Position numbers and translations under genes: made by a program. The notes under the pieces were generated by a model that saw nothing but the letters and a program-made list of their open reading frames with translations, did not search any database and was not told the origin of the DNA. 64,000 nt of DNA from Calditrichaceae bacterium (lineage in GTDB: Bacteria > Calditrichota > Calditrichia > Calditrichales > JBFXGD01): contig JBFXLE010000009.1 in NCBI GenBank assembly GCA_050173015.1, positions 1-64,000 on the forward strand, read 5' to 3'. This document shows, one piece after another, positions 17,394 to 28,400 of this stretch (position 1 is its first letter; each line of letters starts with the position of its first letter).

Positions 17394-18167
17394 TCACCAG
17401 CGTTTTTGTATTTGAAATACGATTGATTTGTTGGATTTTGTTTTTACATCCAATGAAAAGGTGAGATCATTGCCGTGAGTGTAAAAATCATAAAACGAAT
17501 ATAAATTTAGTAATAAATATGACAATATAAATGTATTTCTCGTCTTATAGCTATCATTATATCGATTGTAAAGATAATCAAAATCATTGTTGCCGCGCGC
17601 GTTTATGTAATCATCATGGTATCCGGATGTCTGTATGGAGTAGTAGGTGATGCCGCCAATGATTATAGTTGAAATACCTGAATAGATATATCCCTTTGTC
17701 TTATTTGGTGTGAAGAAGTAACCTGAGCCCGGAATGATGATATTCGCCAGCATGGCTTTAAATGCGGGCCTGGTATTGTAGGAGATGGATTCCGCGGGCT
17801 CTTCAATCTTAACGTTAACGGTTTCCTTTCTGATCTCTTCAAAAAAATTAATAATTTTGGGTGAAATGATTTTAGGATTTAGCTTAAACCCGGGCGAACA
17901 TCCTAATATTTGTTTTGAAATTTTTCTTGCCTCTGTTGTATCGTTTAATGAAGATGCGGCCTGAAGCATATATTGGAATATGGTCAGGCTGTCCTCTTTG
18001 CTGATGAACGAATCAGAAAGCAGATAATTTCCTTTCTCAAGCACGCGTTCATAGCGGAACTGCCGAAGATCCTCCTCGAGCGTACCGATTTCCACGCTCA
18101 GGTTCTGCGAATATAGCGGGATAGCTATAAAAATAAGAATGAAAATAAATTTAATTTTCATCATCAT
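17394..18167 (-). CDS. Hypothetical exported/membrane protein (helical N-terminal domain, C-terminal hydrophobic segments)
   Basis: Signal peptide, IIPGSGYFF..KTKG motif followed by hydrophobic helices; 8 bp downstream of the kinase. Confidence 0.75.
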   Translation of the reverse strand: MMMKIKFIFILIFIAIPLYSQNLSVEIGTLEEDLRQFRYERVLEKGNYLLSDSFISKEDSLTIFQYMLQAASSLNDTTEARKISKQILGCSPGFKLNPKIISPKIINFFEEIRKETVNVKIEEPAESISYNTRPAFKAMLANIIIPGSGYFFTPNKTKGYIYSGISTIIIGGITYYSIQTSGYHDDYINARGNNDFDYLYNRYNDSYKTRNTFILSYLLLNLYSFYDFYTHGNDLTFSLDVKTKSNKSIVFQIQKRW

Positions 18168-18175
18168 TACCTTTT

Positions 18176-19732
18176 TTAATTAGGCGGTGGTATTTCCCGG
18201 AGCATAATATTTTTGACAATTTTATGCTCACCGTTCCAGATCACTGAGTCCCTGTGTGTTATATAATATTTATTTTTAACAGTAATGGAATGATTCGCCC
18301 GGGTTAGATAGATCGGATCGGTCAGCGGACTGGTTCCGCGGTATTGCCCGTCGATATACACTTCTCCCCATGGATTTATCTGCAGATCAAGCTGGAGGAA
18401 GAGAGAGTCGAGATTAAAAATGAATGAATTGTTTATTCCCGTTTTAACGGTAATACTGTCTGACCATGAAGGATAAAGCGGATGCTGTAATGAGATCAGA
18501 TATTTACCGGGATTAAAATCAATCGGTTCTGACATGGGTGTGATATCGATTTCACGGTAATCAATGTAAACTTTAGCCCAGGGCCATGTGTTGATCAGCA
18601 GAGTGGTCGGTTTTATAACTTTTTTTGAGTGATCCGGCTGATAATCCTTTGTGGATGGCACATTTTTTTCATTGGACACGGACATCACTTTTTCCGATGA
18701 AATAATTTCATCGGGCTTAAGTTCAATCGCGTTCAGGTCAGGACCTGAATTTTCGGCAAATATGACACTGTCTGCGGAGGGGGATTGTGAAATGTCCGGT
18801 TTACCCGCCGGAATATATATTGATCTAAAGTAAAAAAGAATCATTACTCCTATGAGGACAGCGGGCACGACGATAAAGAGTTTCATAGACCTGATTTTTT
18901 CCGTTTTTGAGGCATTTGTAACCCTTGAAGGGAATATGTCCGGATTCATTTTTTGCAAAAATAATGCATACCGTCGCGCGTCGGGCGGCCTTTTGTCAGG
19001 GTCCTTACTCAATAGTAACCCGATGGATTCGCTAAACCATCCGGGAAGGTCAGGGCAGAGTGTGTTTACGGGAGGCGGGTCATAACTTAATATTTTTGAA
19101 AATATTTCGCCGTATCGCGACGCTTCAAAAGGATGAACACCTGTGGACAGCTGATACAATATTGTACCGAGCGCGAACATATCCGCGCTGAATGAAACAG
19201 GCAGATTGTTTATTTGTTCGGGGGATAGATACAACGGTGTGCCGATAAGCGATCCTTCCTCTGTAATCCGGTTTGCGGATTCATGAATGCTGATGCCGAA
19301 ATCAGTTAATTTGATATTCATCTTCTTATCAATCAGTATGTTTTCGGGTTTCAGATCACGGTGAATGTATCCTTTGCCGTGAATTACGGCGAGTCCACGT
19401 GTTATTTTTGACGCTATAGCGATAATATTCTCAGTTTCAGGTATCCCGTTTGCCATATATTCAGCCAGCGAACATCCTTCGACATATTCCATCGATATAT
19501 AAAACAGTCCCTCGACTTTTCCGAAGTCATATACGGAAACAATCGACTCATCATTCAGGTCCGCTACAATCCGCGCCTCCCGTTCAAATCGCTGTATCAG
19601 CAGATCATCTCCGCCGAGATAGACTTTTAGTAAAGTTTTCCGGTCAAGCACTTTATGACGGGCTTCATAGACGCGATTTTGACCTTTTTCTGAAATGGTC
19701 CTGAGAATTTCGTAGTTACCGATTGAATTCAT
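18176..19732 (-). CDS. Membrane-spanning Hanks-type Ser/Thr kinase with extracytoplasmic PEGA-like repeats
   Basis: HRDLKPEN, DFG, GTPLYLSPE, one TM helix, two PW(A/G)xVYID...TP/SP repeats. Confidence 0.92.
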   Translation of the reverse strand: MNSIGNYEILRTISEKGQNRVYEARHKVLDRKTLLKVYLGGDDLLIQRFEREARIVADLNDESIVSVYDFGKVEGLFYISMEYVEGCSLAEYMANGIPETENIIAIASKITRGLAVIHGKGYIHRDLKPENILIDKKMNIKLTDFGISIHESANRITEEGSLIGTPLYLSPEQINNLPVSFSADMFALGTILYQLSTGVHPFEASRYGEIFSKILSYDPPPVNTLCPDLPGWFSESIGLLLSKDPDKRPPDARRYALFLQKMNPDIFPSRVTNASKTEKIRSMKLFIVVPAVLIGVMILFYFRSIYIPAGKPDISQSPSADSVIFAENSGPDLNAIELKPDEIISSEKVMSVSNEKNVPSTKDYQPDHSKKVIKPTTLLINTWPWAKVYIDYREIDITPMSEPIDFNPGKYLISLQHPLYPSWSDSITVKTGINNSFIFNLDSLFLQLDLQINPWGEVYIDGQYRGTSPLTDPIYLTRANHSITVKNKYYITHRDSVIWNGEHKIVKNIMLREIPPPN

Positions 19733-21201
19733 GACTCATTACCGACGATTTCTTTAACTTTTAATTGAAGATATCGCAAAGATATGCCGAGACTTTTTGC
19801 CGCCCGGGTTTTATTGCCTTTAAATTGATGAAGTCTTTCGATAATCAGTTTGTTTTTAAACTCGTCAAGGGTGCCCATGAAGGGTCCGGACTCAACACAG
19901 TCAAACTCAAAATCATCAGGCCCGATGGATTCATTCTGCGTGAGCACGACCGCCCTTTTAACCGCGTTTTCCAATTGCCGCACGTTTCCGGGCCACGGGT
20001 AGTCCATCAGTTTCTGTATGGCGGCTTTCCTGATCTTGATATGTTTGCCGGGGCTGTGTTTATCCAGAAAATGTTCGACGAGAAGGGGAATATCATCAAG
20101 CCTTTCTCTCAGGGCCGGAACATTGATGTTGATGACACTCAAACGGTAGTACAAATCTTCCCTGAATTTACCCTGGCGGACCATGAGTGATAAATCCTGA
20201 TGAGTCGCCGCGATGATCCGGACATCAACTTTTCTTACTACATTTTCACCCAGTCGTTTGATTTCATTGTTTTGAAGGACACGCAGGAGTTTTGTCTGAA
20301 GTTCCATGCTGAGATCACCGATTTCGTCCAGAAAAAGCGTGCCTCCGCTAACCGCCTCGAACAAACCGGGTTTATCCTTATCCGCTCCGGTGAACGCGCC
20401 CTTCTTGTAACCAAATAGCTCGCTCTCAAGGATACCGGCCGGAATATTGCCGACGTATTGGGCAAGATAGGGTTTATCATTTCTTTTACTGAGATCATGG
20501 ATAGCGAGGGCGACAAGTTCTTTTCCGGTACCGTTTTCACCGGTGATGACGACGGAAACATCGGATGGAGCCACCTTTCTGATCAGTTTGCACATTTGCT
20601 CCATCACATCTGTTTCACCGATCATCGAAGGAATTCCGGCCTCCTGATCCAGACGTGATTTTAAAATGATGTTTTCATTCCGCACATCCCTACGGCTCAA
20701 AACCTGTTCTAGTGTCAGGGATGCGATAGGAGCAAAAAAGGAGAGCAACTGTCTTGAAGTTTCATTAAAATGCTGCCTGTTTTTTCTGCTGTCAAAATAC
20801 ATGACACCATAAACCTGATCCATAATCATCAAGGGAAACGCGAGGATGGCATGAATATCATTGATGATGATGCTGTCCCGACTTTTAATGCTGTCATCAT
20901 TGTTTGTATCAAAAAGTAAAAGCGCTTCCTTGGAATCAAGTACTTTTCTGAATACGGTTTGCGAAAAACTTATTTTCCCTGAATTTTTTGGATCAGCGGA
21001 TACCACATTTCTTGTTTCAAACTTATCTTCGGCCCGGTCGTAATAAACAAACGCGCCGACTTCCGCTCCGGTCTGGCCCATTAATTCGGATAATATCATG
21101 TTAAGGATATCGGTTTCATCATCCATACTGGCCATGGATTTGGTCATTTTAAAGATAGCCTGTAAATGATCATTCCTGATTTTGCTGTACGAAAGATTCA
21201 A
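19729..21201 (-). CDS. Sigma54-dependent enhancer-binding protein (GAF-AAA+-Fis HTH)
   Basis: N-terminal GAF (ILAFPL...GVMYFDSR), Walker A GENGTGKE, GAFTGA, LFLDEIG, WPGNVRQL, GNKTRAAKSLGIS. Confidence 0.95.
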   Translation of the reverse strand: MNLSYSKIRNDHLQAIFKMTKSMASMDDETDILNMILSELMGQTGAEVGAFVYYDRAEDKFETRNVVSADPKNSGKISFSQTVFRKVLDSKEALLLFDTNNDDSIKSRDSIIINDIHAILAFPLMIMDQVYGVMYFDSRKNRQHFNETSRQLLSFFAPIASLTLEQVLSRRDVRNENIILKSRLDQEAGIPSMIGETDVMEQMCKLIRKVAPSDVSVVITGENGTGKELVALAIHDLSKRNDKPYLAQYVGNIPAGILESELFGYKKGAFTGADKDKPGLFEAVSGGTLFLDEIGDLSMELQTKLLRVLQNNEIKRLGENVVRKVDVRIIAATHQDLSLMVRQGKFREDLYYRLSVININVPALRERLDDIPLLVEHFLDKHSPGKHIKIRKAAIQKLMDYPWPGNVRQLENAVKRAVVLTQNESIGPDDFEFDCVESGPFMGTLDEFKNKLIIERLHQFKGNKTRAAKSLGISLRYLQLKVKEIVGNES

Positions 21202-21211
21202 GAGCGCGCCC

Positions 21212-22186
21212 CTATTTAAAATATTGAAAACTCACGGCCTGAGACTGGCAGATATTGCCGATCTGATCTTCAACCTCCAGTGTCCAGAGATACCATCCGT
21301 TTGTGATGCCGGCCAGAACAACGGGATCATCTAAAACATATTGGTCATTATCGGATGGGATATTGTCAAAAGCGCCAATTTTTACGACGGGATTCTGCAG
21401 TCTGAAAAGAATAATTCTGTAATGATGCGGATATGGCAAATCAAGTTTTGTCCAGGTAAATCGAATATCACCTGATTCCGGCCGGTCCACGCTTGGCAAT
21501 TTCAATGTCAGGGCTCTATTGATTACTCGTCGTATATTGTAGCCACCGGACTGCAGGCTGTCTCCGTTAAGATTTCTGGCTGTCAGGCCGAAATTTATTT
21601 CCGGTATTGTTTCCGGTATCAACCCTGATGAAATATCATCCGATTTGACTTTAACAAAGTACATATCGTCGGAATCTGTAACATGAGGAAGAGAAATTTT
21701 AAAGTTTTTTTCAGATACTTCAATATAAATATCGTCAATATCCGTCATGCCGTCAGGATCCGTTACCTGAGCTTCAGCGACAATATATGTTTTACTGTCA
21801 GTGTTGTTGTACACCGAATAAAGCGAGACGTTCTCAATGACCGGCATGGCGTTCAAATATATATTGATGAGGGTATGATCATCAGAGCCTGGATATGAGC
21901 CGGATTGCGTAAAATAACCGTCTCTGAATGTCACAAGATGAATAGAGTCGGAAGGCGGATGGTACCATTGTATGATCCCTTCGGAACCTGTTTTGCCGTA
22001 AAAACCGAGTTTATCTTCCGTTACAATTACATCTTTTAAAACCGTATTCGGTGGATAAAGTCTCTGCACTTTGATCTCAGTCAGCGATTGCCGCAAATAA
22101 TTATCCGCGTTTGGATCAAAGGGATTCTGCCTGGGAGCGTCACAGGCAACAATGGCTAATGCCAGAATCAGAAATATTTTTTTCAT
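21212..22186 (-). CDS. Hypothetical lipoprotein with beta-rich domains
   Basis: MKKIFLILALAIVAC lipobox followed by DAPRQNPFDP; first gene of the signalling operon. Confidence 0.8.
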   Translation of the reverse strand: MKKIFLILALAIVACDAPRQNPFDPNADNYLRQSLTEIKVQRLYPPNTVLKDVIVTEDKLGFYGKTGSEGIIQWYHPPSDSIHLVTFRDGYFTQSGSYPGSDDHTLINIYLNAMPVIENVSLYSVYNNTDSKTYIVAEAQVTDPDGMTDIDDIYIEVSEKNFKISLPHVTDSDDMYFVKVKSDDISSGLIPETIPEINFGLTARNLNGDSLQSGGYNIRRVINRALTLKLPSVDRPESGDIRFTWTKLDLPYPHHYRIILFRLQNPVVKIGAFDNIPSDNDQYVLDDPVVLAGITNGWYLWTLEVEDQIGNICQSQAVSFQYFK

Positions 22187-22289
22187 ATTTCTCATAGCCA
22201 AATGGTCCCGCTAATGAATGTATAGTTAAACGATCAATCATTGTAATTGATCAGTAATTTTCCAATTTATACCGGAATCCAGTTCCGGA

Positions 22290-23021
22290 TTATGATCCCG
22301 ATAAACGGAATTCATATGGTCTCGCGTTTACCGCCAGCGCCGCGATATAACCGTGAGGCACCGTGAGTGAATCTAACTGCCAATCGCAGACAGAAGACGG
22401 ATCATGTCTGCATTCAATGATTTTGGCCGGTTCTCCGGGTTTGAGTGTGACATCAAATTCATTAAGGGGGATTGAAAGCCCCTTACCACATGCCTTTATA
22501 TATGCTTCCTTTCTGGTCCAGCAATTATAAAACGCTTCTTTTTGTTGATTTTGCGGTAAATTAATGAGTTGTCTGTATTCATGCTGAGAGAAAAAATTTC
22601 TGGCGATTTGAAGCGGTTCAGTATTTAATCGCATAAACTCAATATCAACCCCAATCTGGGAATCACCTGAAATCGCGATTAAAGCCAGATTATTGGAATG
22701 GGATACGTTAAAATAGGGGCCGGATACAGGGGAAACCAGATATGGCTTTCCGTAGAGATTGTATCCAAATTGCAATTTGCCCGGACTCATCCCTGTAGAT
22801 TGAGCGAGCAATATTCTTAGCTGACCACGGCAGGCGATATAGTGAATACGGTCTTTTTGGAACATAAAGCGGTTTGCCCGATCGAGCTCATCCGGAGAGA
22901 GCAGGTTTTCCAGCATCTCGATCACTTTAATCTGGATATTCAATCTTACACGCCAGACCTGAACATCACCATCAACGATTAAAGTCTGCTCACAATAATT
23001 TTTCCATGTTGTAAAATTCAT
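22290..23021 (-). CDS. Sfp-type 4'-phosphopantetheinyl transferase
   Basis: YGKPYL, FNVSHS, IGVDIE and WTRKEAYIKA motifs. Confidence 0.96.
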   Translation of the reverse strand: MNFTTWKNYCEQTLIVDGDVQVWRVRLNIQIKVIEMLENLLSPDELDRANRFMFQKDRIHYIACRGQLRILLAQSTGMSPGKLQFGYNLYGKPYLVSPVSGPYFNVSHSNNLALIAISGDSQIGVDIEFMRLNTEPLQIARNFFSQHEYRQLINLPQNQQKEAFYNCWTRKEAYIKACGKGLSIPLNEFDVTLKPGEPAKIIECRHDPSSVCDWQLDSLTVPHGYIAALAVNARPYEFRLSGS

Positions 23022-23821
23022 AGGATACGCCTTTGTAATATATTCAAGTTAAAATGAGCATTTATATCTCTGGTGATTGTACTGAGCAGAATCTGTTGGT
23101 GATCATTTAGATAAAAATGATCACCCGGGAACATTCTTAAAAAGAATGGACCGTTTGTCTGCGCGTTCCAGGGCTCAAGCGTTTCTTTGGCAATATGCTG
23201 GTCCTGTAAGCCGCCCAAAACAGATATCGGGCAATCAAGCGGTGTTCTTGCTTCATAAGTGTATGTTTCACACAGTTTAAAATCGGCGCGCAGAATGGGA
23301 ATCATCAGTTTGAGCAGATCCTGATGTTCAAATACCTCATCCGGAGTTCCGTTAAGTTTTTTTATCTCTGCCAGAAATTCAGTCTCGGGAAGATTATAAA
23401 TCAGTTTTTTATCGGATTCTAATTGAGGAGCCTTTGTTCCGGAAAGGAACAGATGCACCGGTTTGAGACCGAAATTGTTTTTGAGATGATGGGCTATTTC
23501 AAACCCGAGAATAGCGCCCAGACTATGCCCAAATAGGGCGAAAGGCCGGTCAATGCTGTTTTTTATTTCCAGTGACAATTCAGCGACAAGCGTTTCTATT
23601 CTCTGGCTTAGCGGTTCGTTGATGCGCTGCCCTCTGCCCGGTATCTCCACCGCGCAAACTTCCACGGTATCGGGCATGTGTTTTGGCCAGGAGCGGAAAA
23701 TGGCGCTGCTGCCTCCCGCAAATGGCAGACAAAATAACTTGATTTTAGCATGCTGAACCGGTTTTGGAATGATGATTCCCGATCCCGGCCGGCTCAGTAA
23801 AGTCGTTTTCATTTTATCCAT
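23018..23821 (-). CDS. Type II (editing) thioesterase
   Basis: CLPFAGGS, GHSLG, LRADF and GDHFYL motifs. Confidence 0.95.
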   Translation of the reverse strand: MDKMKTTLLSRPGSGIIIPKPVQHAKIKLFCLPFAGGSSAIFRSWPKHMPDTVEVCAVEIPGRGQRINEPLSQRIETLVAELSLEIKNSIDRPFALFGHSLGAILGFEIAHHLKNNFGLKPVHLFLSGTKAPQLESDKKLIYNLPETEFLAEIKKLNGTPDEVFEHQDLLKLMIPILRADFKLCETYTYEARTPLDCPISVLGGLQDQHIAKETLEPWNAQTNGPFFLRMFPGDHFYLNDHQQILLSTITRDINAHFNLNILQRRIL

Positions 23822-23877
23822 AGTTTACCTGATCATTCGTTTCACATAAATGAACTTGTGTTGCTGATCAAAAATAA

Positions 23878-24111
23878 TCATGATTGCTTCCTTGTTTTAT
23901 CTATTTCTTCCATTTTTTTTCTCAGACTCAGCGGCCGCATATCCGTCCAGACTTCATTGATATAGGACAGGCATTCTTCTTTTGTACCGTTTTTACCGGC
24001 GTCGCGCCAGCCAAGCGGATTTTCGCGGTCTGCCGGCCAAATTGAATATTGTTCTTCATGATTTAAAACAACTTTGTAAATTGTTTTATCCTCGCGTTCA
24101 TCAGCACTCAT
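23878..24111 (-). CDS. MbtH-like NRPS accessory protein
   Basis: [10 protein letters not shown]...PLGW...[18 protein letters not shown]. Confidence 0.98.
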   Translation of the reverse strand: MSADEREDKTIYKVVLNHEEQYSIWPADRENPLGWRDAGKNGTKEECLSYINEVWTDMRPLSLRKKMEEIDKTRKQS

Positions 24112-24125
24112 CTTTACCTCCTAAG

Positions 24126-25463
24126 TTATTTGTTAATATCAATATATGTTGCTTCATCGTGACCCCAGATTTTAATTTTGTACGTGAACCCTTCAGGATC
24201 GAGTTTTGTTTTCGGTTCATAGGCAAGAAATTTTCTGTAATGCCTGCTAAAGGATATCAATATGGATAATACGGCCATGATCACGCCGCATATCATGTAG
24301 ATCAGCGGAATATTTTGACCCGTAAGATCCCCGGCCACTCCTCCGAGGAGCATGCCGAGAGGCGCGATACTGCCCGATAGCGTAGTGAGCACTCCGAATA
24401 CTCTTCCCCTGATCGCGCTTGGTGTGGATAATTGCAAAATAGTTATAATGGTGACCATTATGAATCCGTTAAACATGCCGCCGATAAAAGCGAGAAACAC
24501 TGCCAGCGGGGCAGAGGTAACCAATCCCAAAATCCCATATCCCCCGGATTCAATAATAGTAAAGATGATGAACATCTTTGAACGCGGTTTGCCGTGGAGA
24601 TTGAAAATTCCAACCGAGATGTATCCGAATAAAATTCCGATCCCATGGGATGCAAGGAAGAAACTATACCAGTCAACCGAAACTTTTAAAAAATTATCCA
24701 CATAAAAGGGGAGAAGTACAATTACCGGCATCGTAAAGAAATTGATAAATATTGAAACAAAGAGGAGCATTTTTAATCCGGTATTCTCTTTAATGTATAC
24801 AATCCCTTCCCACAAATCATTTTTAAACGATTGGTACTGGCCTTTTAAATCTTTTTCTTTTTCAGGGAAAACCTGCGGAATCTTTATAAATAATTCACTG
24901 ATTGCCGAAAACAAATAGCTGATCCCGTCGATCAGAACCACGATAGGGGCGCCGAGAATTTTAAACAATGTACTTCCGATTCCCTGGCCGAGGAAAAGAG
25001 ACACCTGTTCCGCGAATTGTGACATGGAGTTGGCGGCAGATAATTTTTCTTCAGGAACAAGGTCCGGAATTGAGGCGGAAATGGCCGGGCCGAAAAATGA
25101 ATTTACCGTAGAAGCTAATATGGTAATGCTAAATAACCAGACGGCGATTAATATGGTCGCTTCAGGCGCGGTGAACATAACGGCGGCCAGGCTGAGGGTC
25201 GCCAATCCATTGATCAGATCACTGAAAATGATGATATTGCGCCTCGAGTAACGATCTGCAAACACGCCTCCGATGGCGCTGAAAAGAACCACCGGCACGG
25301 CGGCGGATGTCCAGAGCAACCCGATCAGCGTTGCGGATTCAAAGGCATTTTTCATCCACCATACCATGGCAATCAAATAAATATGCGTTCCCAGTTTGCT
25401 TACAAACTGGCCCTGCCAGAGCAGCATGAAGTTTTTGTTTGTCAGTTTTACAGGCTTTTCCAA
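24126..25463 (-). CDS. MFS efflux transporter (DHA3/macrolide-efflux-like), probable product exporter
   Basis: About 12 TM helices, NFMLLWQGQFVS N-terminus, GVFADRYSRR motif A, RGRVFG; lies inside the NRPS cluster. Confidence 0.9.
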   Translation of the reverse strand: MEKPVKLTNKNFMLLWQGQFVSKLGTHIYLIAMVWWMKNAFESATLIGLLWTSAAVPVVLFSAIGGVFADRYSRRNIIIFSDLINGLATLSLAAVMFTAPEATILIAVWLFSITILASTVNSFFGPAISASIPDLVPEEKLSAANSMSQFAEQVSLFLGQGIGSTLFKILGAPIVVLIDGISYLFSAISELFIKIPQVFPEKEKDLKGQYQSFKNDLWEGIVYIKENTGLKMLLFVSIFINFFTMPVIVLLPFYVDNFLKVSVDWYSFFLASHGIGILFGYISVGIFNLHGKPRSKMFIIFTIIESGGYGILGLVTSAPLAVFLAFIGGMFNGFIMVTIITILQLSTPSAIRGRVFGVLTTLSGSIAPLGMLLGGVAGDLTGQNIPLIYMICGVIMAVLSILISFSRHYRKFLAYEPKTKLDPEGFTYKIKIWGHDEATYIDINK

Positions 25464-25472
25464 TTTTCCACC

Positions 25473-28400
25473 TTATTCCTTTTTATCTACATCCAGGTTG
25501 TCCAGCAGCAAACCGATCTTTTCCGCGAGTATTTTTACGTTTGGTTTGGTCATCATTGTAATATGGTCGCCGGGTACATTGATAATATCAACGCCTTTAC
25601 CGGCATATTTTTTCCAACCCAAATCATCAGGGAGATTATCGTAGTCCCGGTTTTCATCCGCCCTGAAAAGGGTGATTTTCCCGTTAAAATTGAGCGGTTT
25701 GTACTTTCTCCAGGCGCCGGTCTGAATTTTATTGATATGTACATAAAGTTTAAACTGATTTTGTCTGATAAATCTTGGAAGCACTTTTTCCTTTTTCGCG
25801 ATTTTGAGCACAAATTTCAGCTGCTCATCATATTCCATTTCACGAAGCATTTCCGCGTCGAGTTCAAAATGAGAGGAGAACATTTTTTGTAATAGCTCGC
25901 TGTCATCTTTTGGCTCCTCCTGGTGGGGGATATACGGACCGGAATCGAGAATACCCAGAAATCCCACTTCCTGATTCATTTCAGAGAACTGCCTGCCCAT
26001 CTCAAAAGCCACGATCACACCAAAGGACCATCCGGCAAGAAAATACGGTCCTTCCGGTTGTTGCCGGCGTACCGCGTCCACATAGTAGGATGCCATGGAT
26101 TCAATAGTCGTATGAAGATCCAGTTTACCATCAAATCCCCGCGCCTGAATCCCGTAAACCGGCCGGCGCGTATGAAGCAATTCAGCAAGCTGAATATACC
26201 AGTGAGCGCTTCCGCCTGTGGGATGAATAAAATATACCGGTTCAGATGCCGTTCCCTTTTTTAATTCCACAAGCGGATTAAAATTATCTGACTTCACTTC
26301 CTGAGTGAGCAGTTTTGCCAGATTCTCAATGGTCGGATCGGAGAAAAGGCTCACTAAAGGAATCTCTCTGTCAAATTCCTGCTGAATTTTATCAATAACC
26401 CTGATTGCCAGAAGAGAATGTCCGCCCAGATCAAAGAAATTATCCGTGATACCAACAATCGGTATATTTAGAATTTCCCGCCAAATCCGAACCAGTTTTA
26501 GCTCAATGCTGCCGCGGGGCGCGATATGGTCTTCATCAATCCTTATTTCGTCCAGCTCCGGCGATGGCAACGCTTTTCTGTTAACTTTACCGTTTGGCAG
26601 CAGCGGAAATTTTTCCAGACGGATCAACGCTCCGGGAATCATGAATTCGGGCAGATCATTTTTGAGCGCGTTTCTTATCTGCTGTGTGGAAATATCCGAA
26701 TTGTCTTTTATAATTATGTATGCCGTCAGACGCTTATCTCCGGGTGAATCTTCCCGTACAATCACCGCAGAATCGGTCACCCCCGGCACTTTTCTGAGCA
26801 AGGACTCAATTTCGCCGAGTTCAATGCGGAAACCGCGGATTTTTATCTGATTGTCAATTCGATCCAGATATTCAATATCTCCACCATCCAGGTAGCGTAC
26901 CAGGTCACCCGTGCGGTATAACCGGCTGCCGGGGATTTGATCAAACGGATTCGGCACAAATTTCTCCGCGGTAAGATGCGGCTTGTCCAGGTAACCGCGC
27001 GCCAGCCCTGGGCCGCCGATATAGAGTTCTCCCGGTATGCCCACCGGAAGCGGGTTCATAAACGGATCAAGAACATAAAGACGGATATTGTCAATGGGTC
27101 TGCCAATGGGAATCGCATCGCTGTCAGGTAATTCACTGACCCGGTGATAGGCGGCAACTATCGTTGATTCCGTGGGGCCGTATCCGTTAATAAAGATTCT
27201 GTTTTTATACCAGCGGCTCGCAATTCCGCGTGTACACGCTTCGCCGCCGGATACAATGGTTTTAAGTGACGGCATGGGATCTTCAGGTAAAATACTAAGC
27301 AGAGAAGGCGGAAGCAGCACTTTTGATATTTTTTCGGAGTTTATCAATTTGATAAATTCCGCCGGCGCCAGAAGCGATTCTCTGTTGACGATAATCAGGC
27401 ACCCGCCCGAACAAATAGTGGCGAAGACTTCCTCAACCGAGGCGTCAAAACTGAATGACGCGAACTGAAGCACCCGGCTTTTTGGGGTGTAAGAAAATTT
27501 ATCAATCAGAGAGTGGATAGTGTTGCAAAGTCCGCCGTGGTGCAGCATAGTGCCCTTGGGTTTACCTGTGGATCCGGATGTGTAAATCACATAGGCCATG
27601 TTCTCGGGAAAAACAGGCAGATTAATATTTTCGCTGCTCTCGTCACTGATGATGTCCCAGATTTCATCCATGTAGATGCGATGACCAAGATTCTCGGGCA
27701 GACCTGCGGCCAAAGATCGTTCCGTCAGTAAAATATTGGCTTTGGCATCTTCAAGCATATAGGAAATTCGTTCCTTGGGATACGCCGGATCGATCGGTAC
27801 ATACGCGCCGCCCGCTTTCAGAATCGCAAGAGCGGCGATAACCATTTCAACAGAACGGTTGAGACATATTCCGACCAATTCTTCCCTTTTGACGGATTGC
27901 TTTATCAGATAACGTCCAAGCTGATTAGCTTTGGCGTTAAGCGCGGAATAAGTTATTTCATAATCCCCAAATTTTACCGCGATGGCCTCGGGACTTTTTT
28001 CAACCTGAGCTTCGAACCAGAGATGAATCGAAACCATGTCGGGAAAATATTTCCCTGTTTGATTCCATTCAGAAACCATTGTTTGGGTTTCCGATGGTGT
28101 CAAAATCGGTATTTCGGATAGTTTTAGGTTTGGATTGGAAGCCATGGAGCTGAAAATGGTTTCCAGATGTCCGAGCATGCGTTTTATGACCGTTTTACTA
28201 AACAAATGGCTTTGATATGCCGCTTCCACGGCTAAATGATCTCCGGGAGAGGCGACGATGGTAAGCGGATAATTTGTTCTTTCAAATGATTCGATCTCAC
28301 TTATCTCAAGCGCGTTTTGATGCCGGTTCATTGATGTATTCACGGGAAAATTTTCAAAAACAACAATACTCTCAAACAAAGGCAGTCCCCGCGGCACTTC

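Noticed and set aside
19765-20658. Plus-strand ORFs opposite the sigma54 activator
   Set aside because: Antisense shadows of a well-conserved AAA+ gene; no independent motifs.
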